Notes under the pieces: model-generated
Told to the model about the DNA's origin: nothing
Database searches by the model: none
What the model saw: only the letters and a program-made list of their open reading frames with translations
Source: Opitutia bacterium
GTDB taxonomy: Bacteria; Verrucomicrobiota; Verrucomicrobiia; Opitutales; Seribacteraceae
Length of the DNA: 64,000 nt
Direction: 5' to 3'
Assembly (NCBI GenBank): GCA_002694035.1
Contig: NZKY01000028.1
Location: forward strand, 659-64,658
Made by a program: the position numbers and the translations under genes
In this document: positions 1 to 8,392 of the stretch, piece after piece
Position numbering within the stretch: the first letter of the stretch is position 1
How the letters are laid out: the number at the start of each line of letters is the position of its first letter

Positions 1-1
1 T

Positions 2-1207
2 GATTTTAGTAAATCCGAATGCCCCACAATCATTTGCAATTAAGATGCCCCCGTCAGCAGTCACACATAGATCTTCACCAGCCCAATCCATTCCTTTCTG
101 ACCGTAAAGCCCCTCCCATTCAGACTTCCCATTTGAATCGACTTTGATAAGATAAATTTTCCATTCCCCCGATGGCCCCGTAGGGTGACCCTTTTTTTCA
201 TATCTCCTTGTCTCATCCCCGGTACCGGCAACTGCCAACCATCCACCATCCGGGGTCGCATATACTCCCCACACTTCATCATGTATCCATCTACCATCAT
301 ACCCTCGAGGCTGTCCAAAAAAACGGGTCCAAATCAGATCTCCATTTTCATTAACCGAGCTCAATTCGATATCCCAGTTATTACTCAGGGTACTTTTACG
401 AGTATGACCCGCAAGGACACTGATTCCGTTCGATAATGAGTCCAGTCCCCAGTAAATCGTATTCAAAGACTTTGACCAGAGAATTTTTCCGTTGGGTTCA
501 ATTTTGAGTAAATTATGATCGAGCGACTCTTCGTTTCTTGGATGACATAACAACAGATAATTCTTTGCTGTTTTTTTAATCCGGTATCCTGATGATGTAT
601 ATGCAGATATATCTTTTTTCCACTTTTCCTGTCCATCTGGATCTATTTTTAAAAGTATACCCTTACCCCAATTCAGAAAGGTCCCTTCCGCTAATCCGTC
701 TTTATATCCGGTTGCCAAAATATCTTCATCCTCGGATTGAATAATACTTTCAAATGCGTCCTCCGTGCCAAAATTCCATGTGCGGGTCCAAATAATTTTA
801 CCCGAGTTTGCATCTACCTTAATTAATGCTGCATTAAAGTTTATACTACCTGCAACCAAGTAATTTCCATCCCTCAACTCCAAAACACAATTTCCTAAAT
901 TATAACCCGGCTTTCCAAACTCCTTTTGCCATAACAAATGACCATTTTTATCAGTTTTAACTAAAAAAATGCGGGCATTTCTTTCTTCGACAAATCCAGT
1001 TTCCCCCACCATCAAAAATCCTAGATCGTTTGTTTGAATAACATAATGCGGATGACTCTCTTCTCCACTTCCACTATATGCCCTATGCCAGACTAATGAT
1101 GGCGGAACCAACTGATTTTCAACCTTATTATATTCAGATTCGGAAAAAACAGGCTGAATAAAAATTATCTTGAGTAGTAAAGAAATAACAAAAGTAAAAG
1201 AATTCAT
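2..1207 (-). CDS. Secreted beta-propeller-like repeat protein, partial (runs off left edge; absent from the ORF track)
   Basis: Manual translation from ATG at 1207 is open for 402 codons to the window edge: MNSFTFVISLLLKIIFIQPVFSESE (signal-peptide-like). It has recurring [KS]x[DE]xxGxxxW units (LVKTDKNGHLLWQKEFG, LLKIDPDGQEKW, LLKIEPNGKILW, SSVNENGDLIWTRFFG, LIKVDSNGKSEW). Confidence 0.8.
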   Translation of the reverse strand, partial: MNSFTFVISLLLKIIFIQPVFSESEYNKVENQLVPPSLVWHRAYSGSGEESHPHYVIQTNDLGFLMVGETGFVEERNARIFLVKTDKNGHLLWQKEFGKPGYNLGNCVLELRDGNYLVAGSINFNAALIKVDANSGKIIWTRTWNFGTEDAFESIIQSEDEDILATGYKDGLAEGTFLNWGKGILLKIDPDGQEKWKKDISAYTSSGYRIKKTAKNYLLLCHPRNEESLDHNLLKIEPNGKILWSKSLNTIYWGLDSLSNGISVLAGHTRKSTLSNNWDIELSSVNENGDLIWTRFFGQPRGYDGRWIHDEVWGVYATPDGGWLAVAGTGDETRRYEKKGHPTGPSGEWKIYLIKVDSNGKSEWEGLYGQKGMDWAGEDLCVTADGGILIANDCGAFGFTKI

Positions 1208-1229
1208 CGGAAATCAAATAGCCCATGAA

Positions 1230-2093
1230 TTACTCAACAAGAGCTTTTTTCAATAAAAACTTCAGTCGTTCGGTTTCAGTAGTTGAAGTCTTGGCAATGA
1301 ATCCTCGTGCATGTGCAAAATGCACATCGAGCTCTGAATCAATTTTGCTAAAGTCGATTGTTTGATTGTCATTGTATCTTCTCATTCCATAACCTGGCCC
1401 CCGACTGTCAGGGGATATTACTGCAATAATTTCCTCCTCCAACCCAAGTTCTTTTACCTGATATCCTAAAACGCCTGATGCATCTTCGGGCAAATCGTCA
1501 ACTCTAGGCAGAAAAAGAACCTTAAATGTTTCGTCTCTATTTTTTTCTTCCCATACTTCAGTGTATTGCGAAACCAAATTAAGCCGCGACCTGAGACTGG
1601 TGATAAAATCGACCAAATCCGTTCCGATCATTTTCATGACTTCCCAGATCGGCTCTCCCGGATGATGCTCACTTCGATCTGCGAAACTTTTTAATATAGT
1701 TATGTCCAATGGAGAATTTAATTTACCTAATGTTTCCCTATCTATGTTCAGCCATTCAGCAGTATCATTCGGCCCACGGCAATCGAACCACTCCGCAACT
1801 TCCAGCCATGGACAGAATTCACGAGCGTCTTCATAGATTCCCAGATGCTTTAGCACCAAAGATAAGGAACAAACGGGTTCGTGCTCTCTTGGAAATTGAT
1901 GATGATCAAAGTTTAAGCTTTTATAGTCATACTCTCCACCTACATCCAACACTGCGATCTTATGATTCTGAAGATCTTCGATGGAAGGCTCTCGCCTGAA
2001 AATTGAAACAGGATTATTTTTTAATAATACAGCACAAGCAAGAAAATCGTCCTTATGAGCTCCTCCAGGATGAGTAATAATAGATGAAATCAT
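1230..2093 (-). CDS. MYG1 (UPF0160) family metal-dependent hydrolase/exonuclease
   Basis: N-terminal THPGGAHKDD and DVGGEYD...FDHHQ motifs, plus C-terminal HFAHARGFIA, match the MYG1 pattern. Confidence 0.75.
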   Translation of the reverse strand: MISSIITHPGGAHKDDFLACAVLLKNNPVSIFRREPSIEDLQNHKIAVLDVGGEYDYKSLNFDHHQFPREHEPVCSLSLVLKHLGIYEDAREFCPWLEVAEWFDCRGPNDTAEWLNIDRETLGKLNSPLDITILKSFADRSEHHPGEPIWEVMKMIGTDLVDFITSLRSRLNLVSQYTEVWEEKNRDETFKVLFLPRVDDLPEDASGVLGYQVKELGLEEEIIAVISPDSRGPGYGMRRYNDNQTIDFSKIDSELDVHFAHARGFIAKTSTTETERLKFLLKKALVE

Positions 2094-2185
2094 TGAGATA
2101 TCAACGTGCCCACGAATGACTGAATGTCGAATGGAAAATACAAATTAATATGATCCATTTCTAAAATAAAAAGATCTGCTTGTGA

Positions 2186-3189
2186 CATTCAATCATATCG
2201 TCTAGGATTCTACTTTGGTCAAATTTGGATACCCTAGTGGTTCGTGATATGGCATCAATTGGCGGTGAACTACCGAGTCTTGTATCCTTCACAATTCCCT
2301 TAAATTGGGATACGCTGACTTTCATTTTACCGTTTGCATGTATCCTTGCTGCAGTAGGTCTAATTGAGTCTTTAATGACTCTCACTTTAATTGATGAACT
2401 TACCGAGACTCGTGGAAACAGTACAAGAGAATGTCTGGGTCAAGGAACAGCCAATGTAATTACCGGATTTTTTGGCGGTATGGGTGGTTGTGCAATGATT
2501 GGACAGAGTATCATTAATATAAGATCAGGTGGTCGAGGAAGACTCTCGGGGATCGCCGCAGGAACTTTTTTACTATGCTTTATTTTGTTTGCTAGCCCTT
2601 TAATTGAGAGGATACCACTAGCTGCACTAACAGGAGTTATGTTTATGGTAGTCGTTGGAACTTTTGAATGGTCAAGTCTTCGAATACTAAAAAAATTCCC
2701 AAAACGGATGCATTCGTAATTATAATGGTTTCTGGAGTAACTGTAATTACTCATAATCTTGCTCTTGCAGTCATTAGCGGAGTAATTGTTTCGGCTCTTG
2801 GATTTGCATGGAAATCAGCTCAGCATATTCACAGAAATTCAGAAATTAAAAAGGACGGAACTAAGGTTTACTATCTGCACGGTCCTTTATTTTTTGGTTC
2901 AATTACGGACTTTAATCAGGGATTCAATCCTTCAGAAGATCCAAATGAAGTGATAGTCGATATGATGGATTCACGTGTATGGGACCATTCCGGTCTGGAA
3001 GCAATCCACAAATTGGGAGCCCGTTATCAGGCAGTTGGAAAAACTGTTAAGTTACAACATATAAGTAAAAACTGTCGAAATTTACTTAAAAAAGCGGGAA
3101 GTATGGTAGACATAATGATACTGCCTGACGACCCAAGCTATCATGTTGCTAATCTAATTAAGTCAGAGCGTATTCCGTCTGCTCGATGA
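2186..3189 (+). pseudogene. SulP-family anion permease remnant (N-terminal part missing; frameshift at A7 run 2689-2695; STAS domain intact)
   Basis: ORFs 2225-2719 and 2668-3189 carry consecutive SulP motifs ([32 protein letters not shown], then LHGPLFFGS and VDMMDSRVWDHSGLEAI of STAS). Adding one A to the run joins them as [13 protein letters not shown]. In-frame TGA at 2183-2185 leaves no room for the N-terminal helices. Confidence 0.8.
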
Positions 3190-3194
3190 TTAAT

Positions 3195-4754
3195 TTAGTC
3201 TCTGCTGGGAGCACTTCTGCCAGAACTTACCAACTTATCAAGAATAGTATTTAACTCTTTTCGAATATTTTCTTCCTTAAAATAAAGATTCTTGGTTTCT
3301 CTTGGGTCATTTTTTAAATTGTAGAGTTGACCATCAGCATCGGGCTCATTCTCAGTAAGAGCATATTGCTTTAAACCCCACTCTCCATCTCGGTTGTAAT
3401 TACTTCCTCCCGATCCCTTGTGATTCAAAAACTTCCAATTCCCCTTACGGATAGCAAGAGAAAGATTAATCGTTTGATGCAAAATAAAAGGTCGAACTGG
3501 AGATTTTTCATTCCTCAAGAGCACAGAGGAGAAATCGAAGCTATCTTCTCCTTCATTATTTTTAAGCTTATAACCTGTAAGATTTGCAAAAGTAGCGATT
3601 AAATCCGTCTGGCAAATAATCTGTTCGGAAACACTGCCTGCCTTTACTCGTTTTGGCCAACGAACAAAAAATGGAACCCGGTGACCCCCTTCCCAGTTAT
3701 CACGCTTCACTCCGCGCCAAGGATGGGCACCATCATGATTATATGTTTTCCTCATGTTGATCACAGTAGGTACTTCGGGACCATTATCACTCGTGACAAT
3801 GACAAGTGTGTTATCCGCAATCTTTAATTCATCCAACTTGGCAAGCAAGGCACCGACCACATGATCGAATTGAAAAATAAAGTCGCCGTGCGGACCAGCA
3901 TGTGTCTTACCCTTAAAATCCTTTCCCGGAAAAGAGGGCAAATGAACGGCCTGCAGGGAGTGAAAAAGAAAAAAGGGGGTTTCTGGTTTTTGTCTTTGGT
4001 GGCGATCAAGAAATTCGAGGCTCTTTTCAAGAAACACCATATCCACCTCCTCAACATCAAAATTCGGAGCAATCATTCCCGGGCGATTATCACGGGAATA
4101 TGGGTGCTTAGGCAAGGGTCCGCGGTCGATGATTTGAGTGGGTGGTACCGGTATACGATCGCCATCGACATAAGCATAAAGCCAGTCTGTAGTTGGACAG
4201 GAAATGGTACCAAAGAAATGATCAAATCCATGGTCAATTGGGCCTCCATGCAAAGATCGTGAATAATCGATCCTTTTAACTGCCTCTAATCCGTTCTTAT
4301 GTATCGGTTTTCCCGCCTTATCGTAAGCAGTTATCCCAATGTGCCATTTTCCAAACATCGCGGTTTTATATCCTTTTTGCCGAAGCATTTCAGATAAAGT
4401 CAATCGACCGGGAGTAATTAAACATGGTCCACCAACACCAGTAAATACTCCTTTATAATTTAAACGAAAAGCCATCCTGCCGGTCAGAATACTGTAACGG
4501 GTGGGAGTACATACCGTAGATGGACTATGGGCATCGGTAAAAAGCATTCCTTCTTTGGCCAAACGGTTACAATGTGGAGTGGGTATATTCGACTCTGGGT
4601 TATAGCACTGGACATCACCATATCCTAAATCATCCGCAAGAATTAAAAGGATGTTGGGTTTATTTTGATCATTTCCTAAAAGAGGAAACCAAAGAGAGAA
4701 AAATATATAAAAATCTGGAAAATTTAACTTTCTAGAAAATAAGCCATCTTTCAT
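3195..4754 (-). CDS. Arylsulfatase, S1 (formylglycine-dependent) family
   Basis: KPNILLILADDLGYGD, CTPTRYSILTGR (CxPxR), GKWHIG, SDNG, WEGGHRVPF; N-terminal hydrophobic signal. Confidence 0.95.
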   Translation of the reverse strand: MKDGLFSRKLNFPDFYIFFSLWFPLLGNDQNKPNILLILADDLGYGDVQCYNPESNIPTPHCNRLAKEGMLFTDAHSPSTVCTPTRYSILTGRMAFRLNYKGVFTGVGGPCLITPGRLTLSEMLRQKGYKTAMFGKWHIGITAYDKAGKPIHKNGLEAVKRIDYSRSLHGGPIDHGFDHFFGTISCPTTDWLYAYVDGDRIPVPPTQIIDRGPLPKHPYSRDNRPGMIAPNFDVEEVDMVFLEKSLEFLDRHQRQKPETPFFLFHSLQAVHLPSFPGKDFKGKTHAGPHGDFIFQFDHVVGALLAKLDELKIADNTLVIVTSDNGPEVPTVINMRKTYNHDGAHPWRGVKRDNWEGGHRVPFFVRWPKRVKAGSVSEQIICQTDLIATFANLTGYKLKNNEGEDSFDFSSVLLRNEKSPVRPFILHQTINLSLAIRKGNWKFLNHKGSGGSNYNRDGEWGLKQYALTENEPDADGQLYNLKNDPRETKNLYFKEENIRKELNTILDKLVSSGRSAPSRD

Positions 4755-4789
4755 AATAAATTAATAGTTTATCAAAAATAATTTTATCT

Positions 4790-6211
4790 TTATTTCCAGA
4801 CATGGGAATCATTCACCAACTCTCGGTATTGTAATTCGATGGTATTTTTTAGCTCTTTAAATTTGGATGGTTTGGTTTCCGTAAGATTATTGCTCTCATC
4901 AATATCCTGTGAGAGGTCAAACATCTGAAAATCAGACAAAGTGGCTCCTTTGGCTTGTAGCACATTTTTCTGGTTGATTGTTTTGGTCTTTGGAAAATTC
5001 ATCTTGGCTAGGACCTTCCACTTGCCATCTCGCATAGCTACACGGCGTTCATTTAGAGCACTATAATAAACCCACAACAAAGGCTTCTCTCGTTTCACTC
5101 CCCCACCCTCCAGTGCGGGGAGAAAATTGGTTCCGTCCAATTTCAAAGTCACAGGAACTTTTGCATCTGCCAAATCACAAAATGTTGGAAGAAAGTCCAA
5201 TGCCGAGATTGTTTCACCACTAATTTGGCCTGGCTTTATCCGTGTAGGCCAATGCATTATGCCTGCCACTCGAAAGCCGGCCTCCGTCGTCCAGAGTTTC
5301 ATTCCCCGAAGAGGATCGGCTACCCCGAAGGATCTACCCGAGCGAGGTCCATATCGTAGCAAAGTCTCAGGTCCATTATCCGATGTAAAAACAACCAATG
5401 TGTTTTGGTCCAATTTCATTTCTTTTAGAGTCTTCAGCAATTTACCTACCGCCGCGTCCAAGTTTGTGACATTGGCAAAGTACTGGGCTTCATCATGATT
5501 TCTCGCAACCCCATCATATTGATCCACCATATTTTTGGGAGAAGCCACCGGCTCGTGCGGCTCATGAAAAGCAATGAACATAAAAAAGGGTTGTTCCTTG
5601 TTTTTTTTCTGTCGCTCTCCCAGCCAATTCAGAGCTTCATCTATCACCAGTTGACAACTATACCCTTTTAATTCTCCTAGAGGCTTACCATTTCGTACAA
5701 AATTTTGGGGATTCTCATGGGATGGACTTGCATTGTTCTGAGTTCCAAACCAATGATCAAAACCGGCATCACTTGGTTGAGGTTGCCATTGTGAATTAAA
5801 CTTACCGTTGCAGTGCCACTTCCCGCTCATACAGGTTGAATATCCGGCTTTTTTCAAAAGTTGAGGAATGGTCACCTCTGATTTACGCATGTGAACATCT
5901 CTTCCACTAGGGATCCAGTCGTAAACACCTGCACGATTTGGACTCCTACCCGTTAAAAGACCTACGCGGGATGGCGAACAAACAGGAGCCGTGGAATAAA
6001 AATCGGTAAACCGGATACCATCTTTTGCCATTTTATCTAGGTAGGGTGTTTTTATCTTGGGATGTCCATAACAGGCTAAATCGCCATAGCCTAAATCGTC
6101 ACAAAGAATAACCACTATATTGGGCCTTTCATCTTCTTTTGAATCCGTATTCAGAATGAAGCCAAACAAAGAGAGCCAAATAAAAAGAACTTTTAGTACC
6201 TTGTAATTCAT
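4790..6211 (-). CDS. Sulfatase, S1 family
   Basis: RPNIVVILCDDLGYGD, CSPSRVGLLTGR (CxPxR), GKWH, SDNG; signal peptide. Confidence 0.95.
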   Translation of the reverse strand: MNYKVLKVLFIWLSLFGFILNTDSKEDERPNIVVILCDDLGYGDLACYGHPKIKTPYLDKMAKDGIRFTDFYSTAPVCSPSRVGLLTGRSPNRAGVYDWIPSGRDVHMRKSEVTIPQLLKKAGYSTCMSGKWHCNGKFNSQWQPQPSDAGFDHWFGTQNNASPSHENPQNFVRNGKPLGELKGYSCQLVIDEALNWLGERQKKNKEQPFFMFIAFHEPHEPVASPKNMVDQYDGVARNHDEAQYFANVTNLDAAVGKLLKTLKEMKLDQNTLVVFTSDNGPETLLRYGPRSGRSFGVADPLRGMKLWTTEAGFRVAGIMHWPTRIKPGQISGETISALDFLPTFCDLADAKVPVTLKLDGTNFLPALEGGGVKREKPLLWVYYSALNERRVAMRDGKWKVLAKMNFPKTKTINQKNVLQAKGATLSDFQMFDLSQDIDESNNLTETKPSKFKELKNTIELQYRELVNDSHVWK

Positions 6212-6336
6212 TTAAAAAATGAAAGACAAAGAGAAATAAAAGTCGCCACTAAATTTCACTTTCAGACAATTTACTTGATTATCTAATAAAATTCTAAATG
6301 AATCATATTTCTATTTAACTTACATCCCATTTTACC

Positions 6337-7350
6337 ATGGCAATCCATATTAAGAATAAATCTAGAGTAGAAATCGGTGTCGTTCCCACCCACCTAATGT
6401 TTGTTGGTGCTCTTGCTCCCAACGAATCAGGGAAATTACCGCGTACAAATTCTGGTGATTTGAAAATCGTGTCCGGCATGCGCCTGCTCTGCCGTACTTC
6501 GCCGGTAAAGTTAAACAATGTTCAGGTGACACTTTTTCCCGGGACGGACAGTAAGGATTTGGATGATATGTTTAAAGGTTTACGGGCATTAAAACTTCAA
6601 GTTCACCTGATCATGATGGTAGGTGGAGCCAACCCTTTGAACCCTAAGGATGAGGATGCGGTTGTGGAAATGCTTAATTCAGGTCTTGCTGTCGCTAAAA
6701 AGTATAAAGTTAAACATGTGTCATCCACTTCATTCGAAGAATGGTTATCCGGGAAAAAACTCAAGGGTAAAGCTTTTGAGAATGCAGTTAAACAGGTGAT
6801 CAATGTCCACGCCCGTTGCTATAAGGAGTCAGGATTGGAAAAAAGCTCGGTTGTTGCTTGGCATCTTGAATTTTTGCGAGGTGTAGAATTCCAAAATTTC
6901 ACAAATGCAGCCAAGGCAGCCAAGGTTGTAATTGGAATAAATAAAAAGATTAAACAGAAATTTTTTAAATTGATGATCGATGCAGCACACTGTGGGGATT
7001 CTGACCTGTCGGTGACTGAAAACGAAAAAGTAATCAAAGAATTGGCAAAAGCAGACGCCTTAGGAATCTTCCATGCTTCCGCCAAAACGACCCGTGGTTG
7101 TCTATCCACCGATGACGGATGGATTGGTGCCTTACTTGCTGCCTATGCTCCCACAGGTAAATTAAAGCATGTCTTCGTAGAACTTTTTCATCATCAAGAC
7201 CCAGCACTTGCACCACTTCGTAAAGCCGTCAAAGGACATGGTGTTGATACCACTGACGGCAGAACTTACAATAAATGTGTAACAGATGGCGTAATTGAAG
7301 TTGCTCACCGACTTAATAATTTAGCAGCCCGTAAACTCATAAAGTTTTAG
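6337..7350 (+). CDS. Xylose-isomerase-like TIM barrel, D-tagatose/D-psicose 3-epimerase-like
   Basis: Ordered candidate metal ligands WHLEFLRGVEF, MIDAAH, IFHASA and VFVELF resemble the E / DxxH / H / E set of ketose 3-epimerases. Confidence 0.6.
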   Translation: MAIHIKNKSRVEIGVVPTHLMFVGALAPNESGKLPRTNSGDLKIVSGMRLLCRTSPVKLNNVQVTLFPGTDSKDLDDMFKGLRALKLQVHLIMMVGGANPLNPKDEDAVVEMLNSGLAVAKKYKVKHVSSTSFEEWLSGKKLKGKAFENAVKQVINVHARCYKESGLEKSSVVAWHLEFLRGVEFQNFTNAAKAAKVVIGINKKIKQKFFKLMIDAAHCGDSDLSVTENEKVIKELAKADALGIFHASAKTTRGCLSTDDGWIGALLAAYAPTGKLKHVFVELFHHQDPALAPLRKAVKGHGVDTTDGRTYNKCVTDGVIEVAHRLNNLAARKLIKF

Positions 7351-7526
7351 TTCTATTTCACTCATTTAGACATCACAAAAATTAAGCAAAAAATTTTGGT
7401 CAGTTTATGTTAAACCTCATTGATTAGGTCAAACATGAATTGATTTAGCAACAGAGAAACGACGAAGTTTCTAAGCGGTATGTCGTTTTGGTATGAACCA
7501 AAGAAATTTGTCCCAATCTTTTAGCT

Positions 7527-7560
7527 TTTTGATATTTGAATTATAGTTTATATATCAAAA
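7527..7560 (+). promoter_or_regulatory. Inverted repeat TTTTGATAT-N16-ATATCAAAA abutting the IclR start codon (candidate operator)
   Basis: Perfect 9-bp arms at 7527-7535 and 7552-7560, directly before ATG 7561. AT-rich, so chance is not excluded. Confidence 0.35.
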
Positions 7561-8352
7561 ATGATTTCGTCAGATGATCCTAAATATAATGTGCCAGGGT
7601 TAGACAGGGCACTTTCTATAATTGAGTTATTGAACCGGCAACCAGAGGGATTATCGGTAAATGAAATTTCAAACCAGTTGAAATATCCAATTAACAGTGT
7701 TTATCGGATTATGATGACATTGGAACGGAGAAGTTTTGTTAGAAAACAGTCAGGAGGATCCGTCTTTGTACTGTCTGAAAAATTTCTCACATTATCAACT
7801 CCTGTTGCCGGAGAACCAGCATTTATTGAAACTGCCCTACCCTTTATGAGAGACCTACGTGATGATACTCAAGAAACTGTGCTTGCCGGGGTACTGGTAG
7901 GGAATGAAGGAGTGGTACTCGAGCAATGCGAGGGATTGCATCCATTTAGCTTCAGAATATCCACTGGGCTGCGTTTTTCTCTCCATACAGCAGCACCTGG
8001 TAAAGTTTTTCTTGCTCATCTTGAACCAAAGAAAAGATCAAATATAATTAATTCATTGAATTTAAAAAGACTGACTGCCAATACAATCGTTACGAAAGAA
8101 AATTTAGAAAAGGAAGTGTTATTCGCAGTGCAAAACGGATTTGCTGTCGATTACGAGGAGGAATTTAAGGGTCAAGTCTGCGTCGGGGCACCAGTACTTG
8201 GTAAAAATGCCTCCCTTATAGGTTCCGTCTGGTTAGTCGCACCCACGAGCCGGTTGCCCAAAAAAAATCTTTCAGAAACAGCTCAAAAGGTAATGACGGC
8301 TACAGATAAAATTTCCCAAGCTTTAGGAAATCAATTCCGTAAGGTTGCCTAA
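7561..8352 (+). CDS. IclR family transcriptional regulator
   Basis: YNVPGLDRALSIIELL wHTH, followed by LHTAAPGKVFLA and DYEEEFKGQVCVGAPV effector-domain motifs. Confidence 0.95.
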   Translation: MISSDDPKYNVPGLDRALSIIELLNRQPEGLSVNEISNQLKYPINSVYRIMMTLERRSFVRKQSGGSVFVLSEKFLTLSTPVAGEPAFIETALPFMRDLRDDTQETVLAGVLVGNEGVVLEQCEGLHPFSFRISTGLRFSLHTAAPGKVFLAHLEPKKRSNIINSLNLKRLTANTIVTKENLEKEVLFAVQNGFAVDYEEEFKGQVCVGAPVLGKNASLIGSVWLVAPTSRLPKKNLSETAQKVMTATDKISQALGNQFRKVA

Positions 8353-8392
8353 CTTGCAAATTGAAAGCCCAATACTAAAATAATTTAGATAA

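Noticed and set aside
61-436. ORFs 61-318 (-) and 185-436 (+)
   Set aside because: Alternative-frame shadows of the long minus-strand gene 2-1207.
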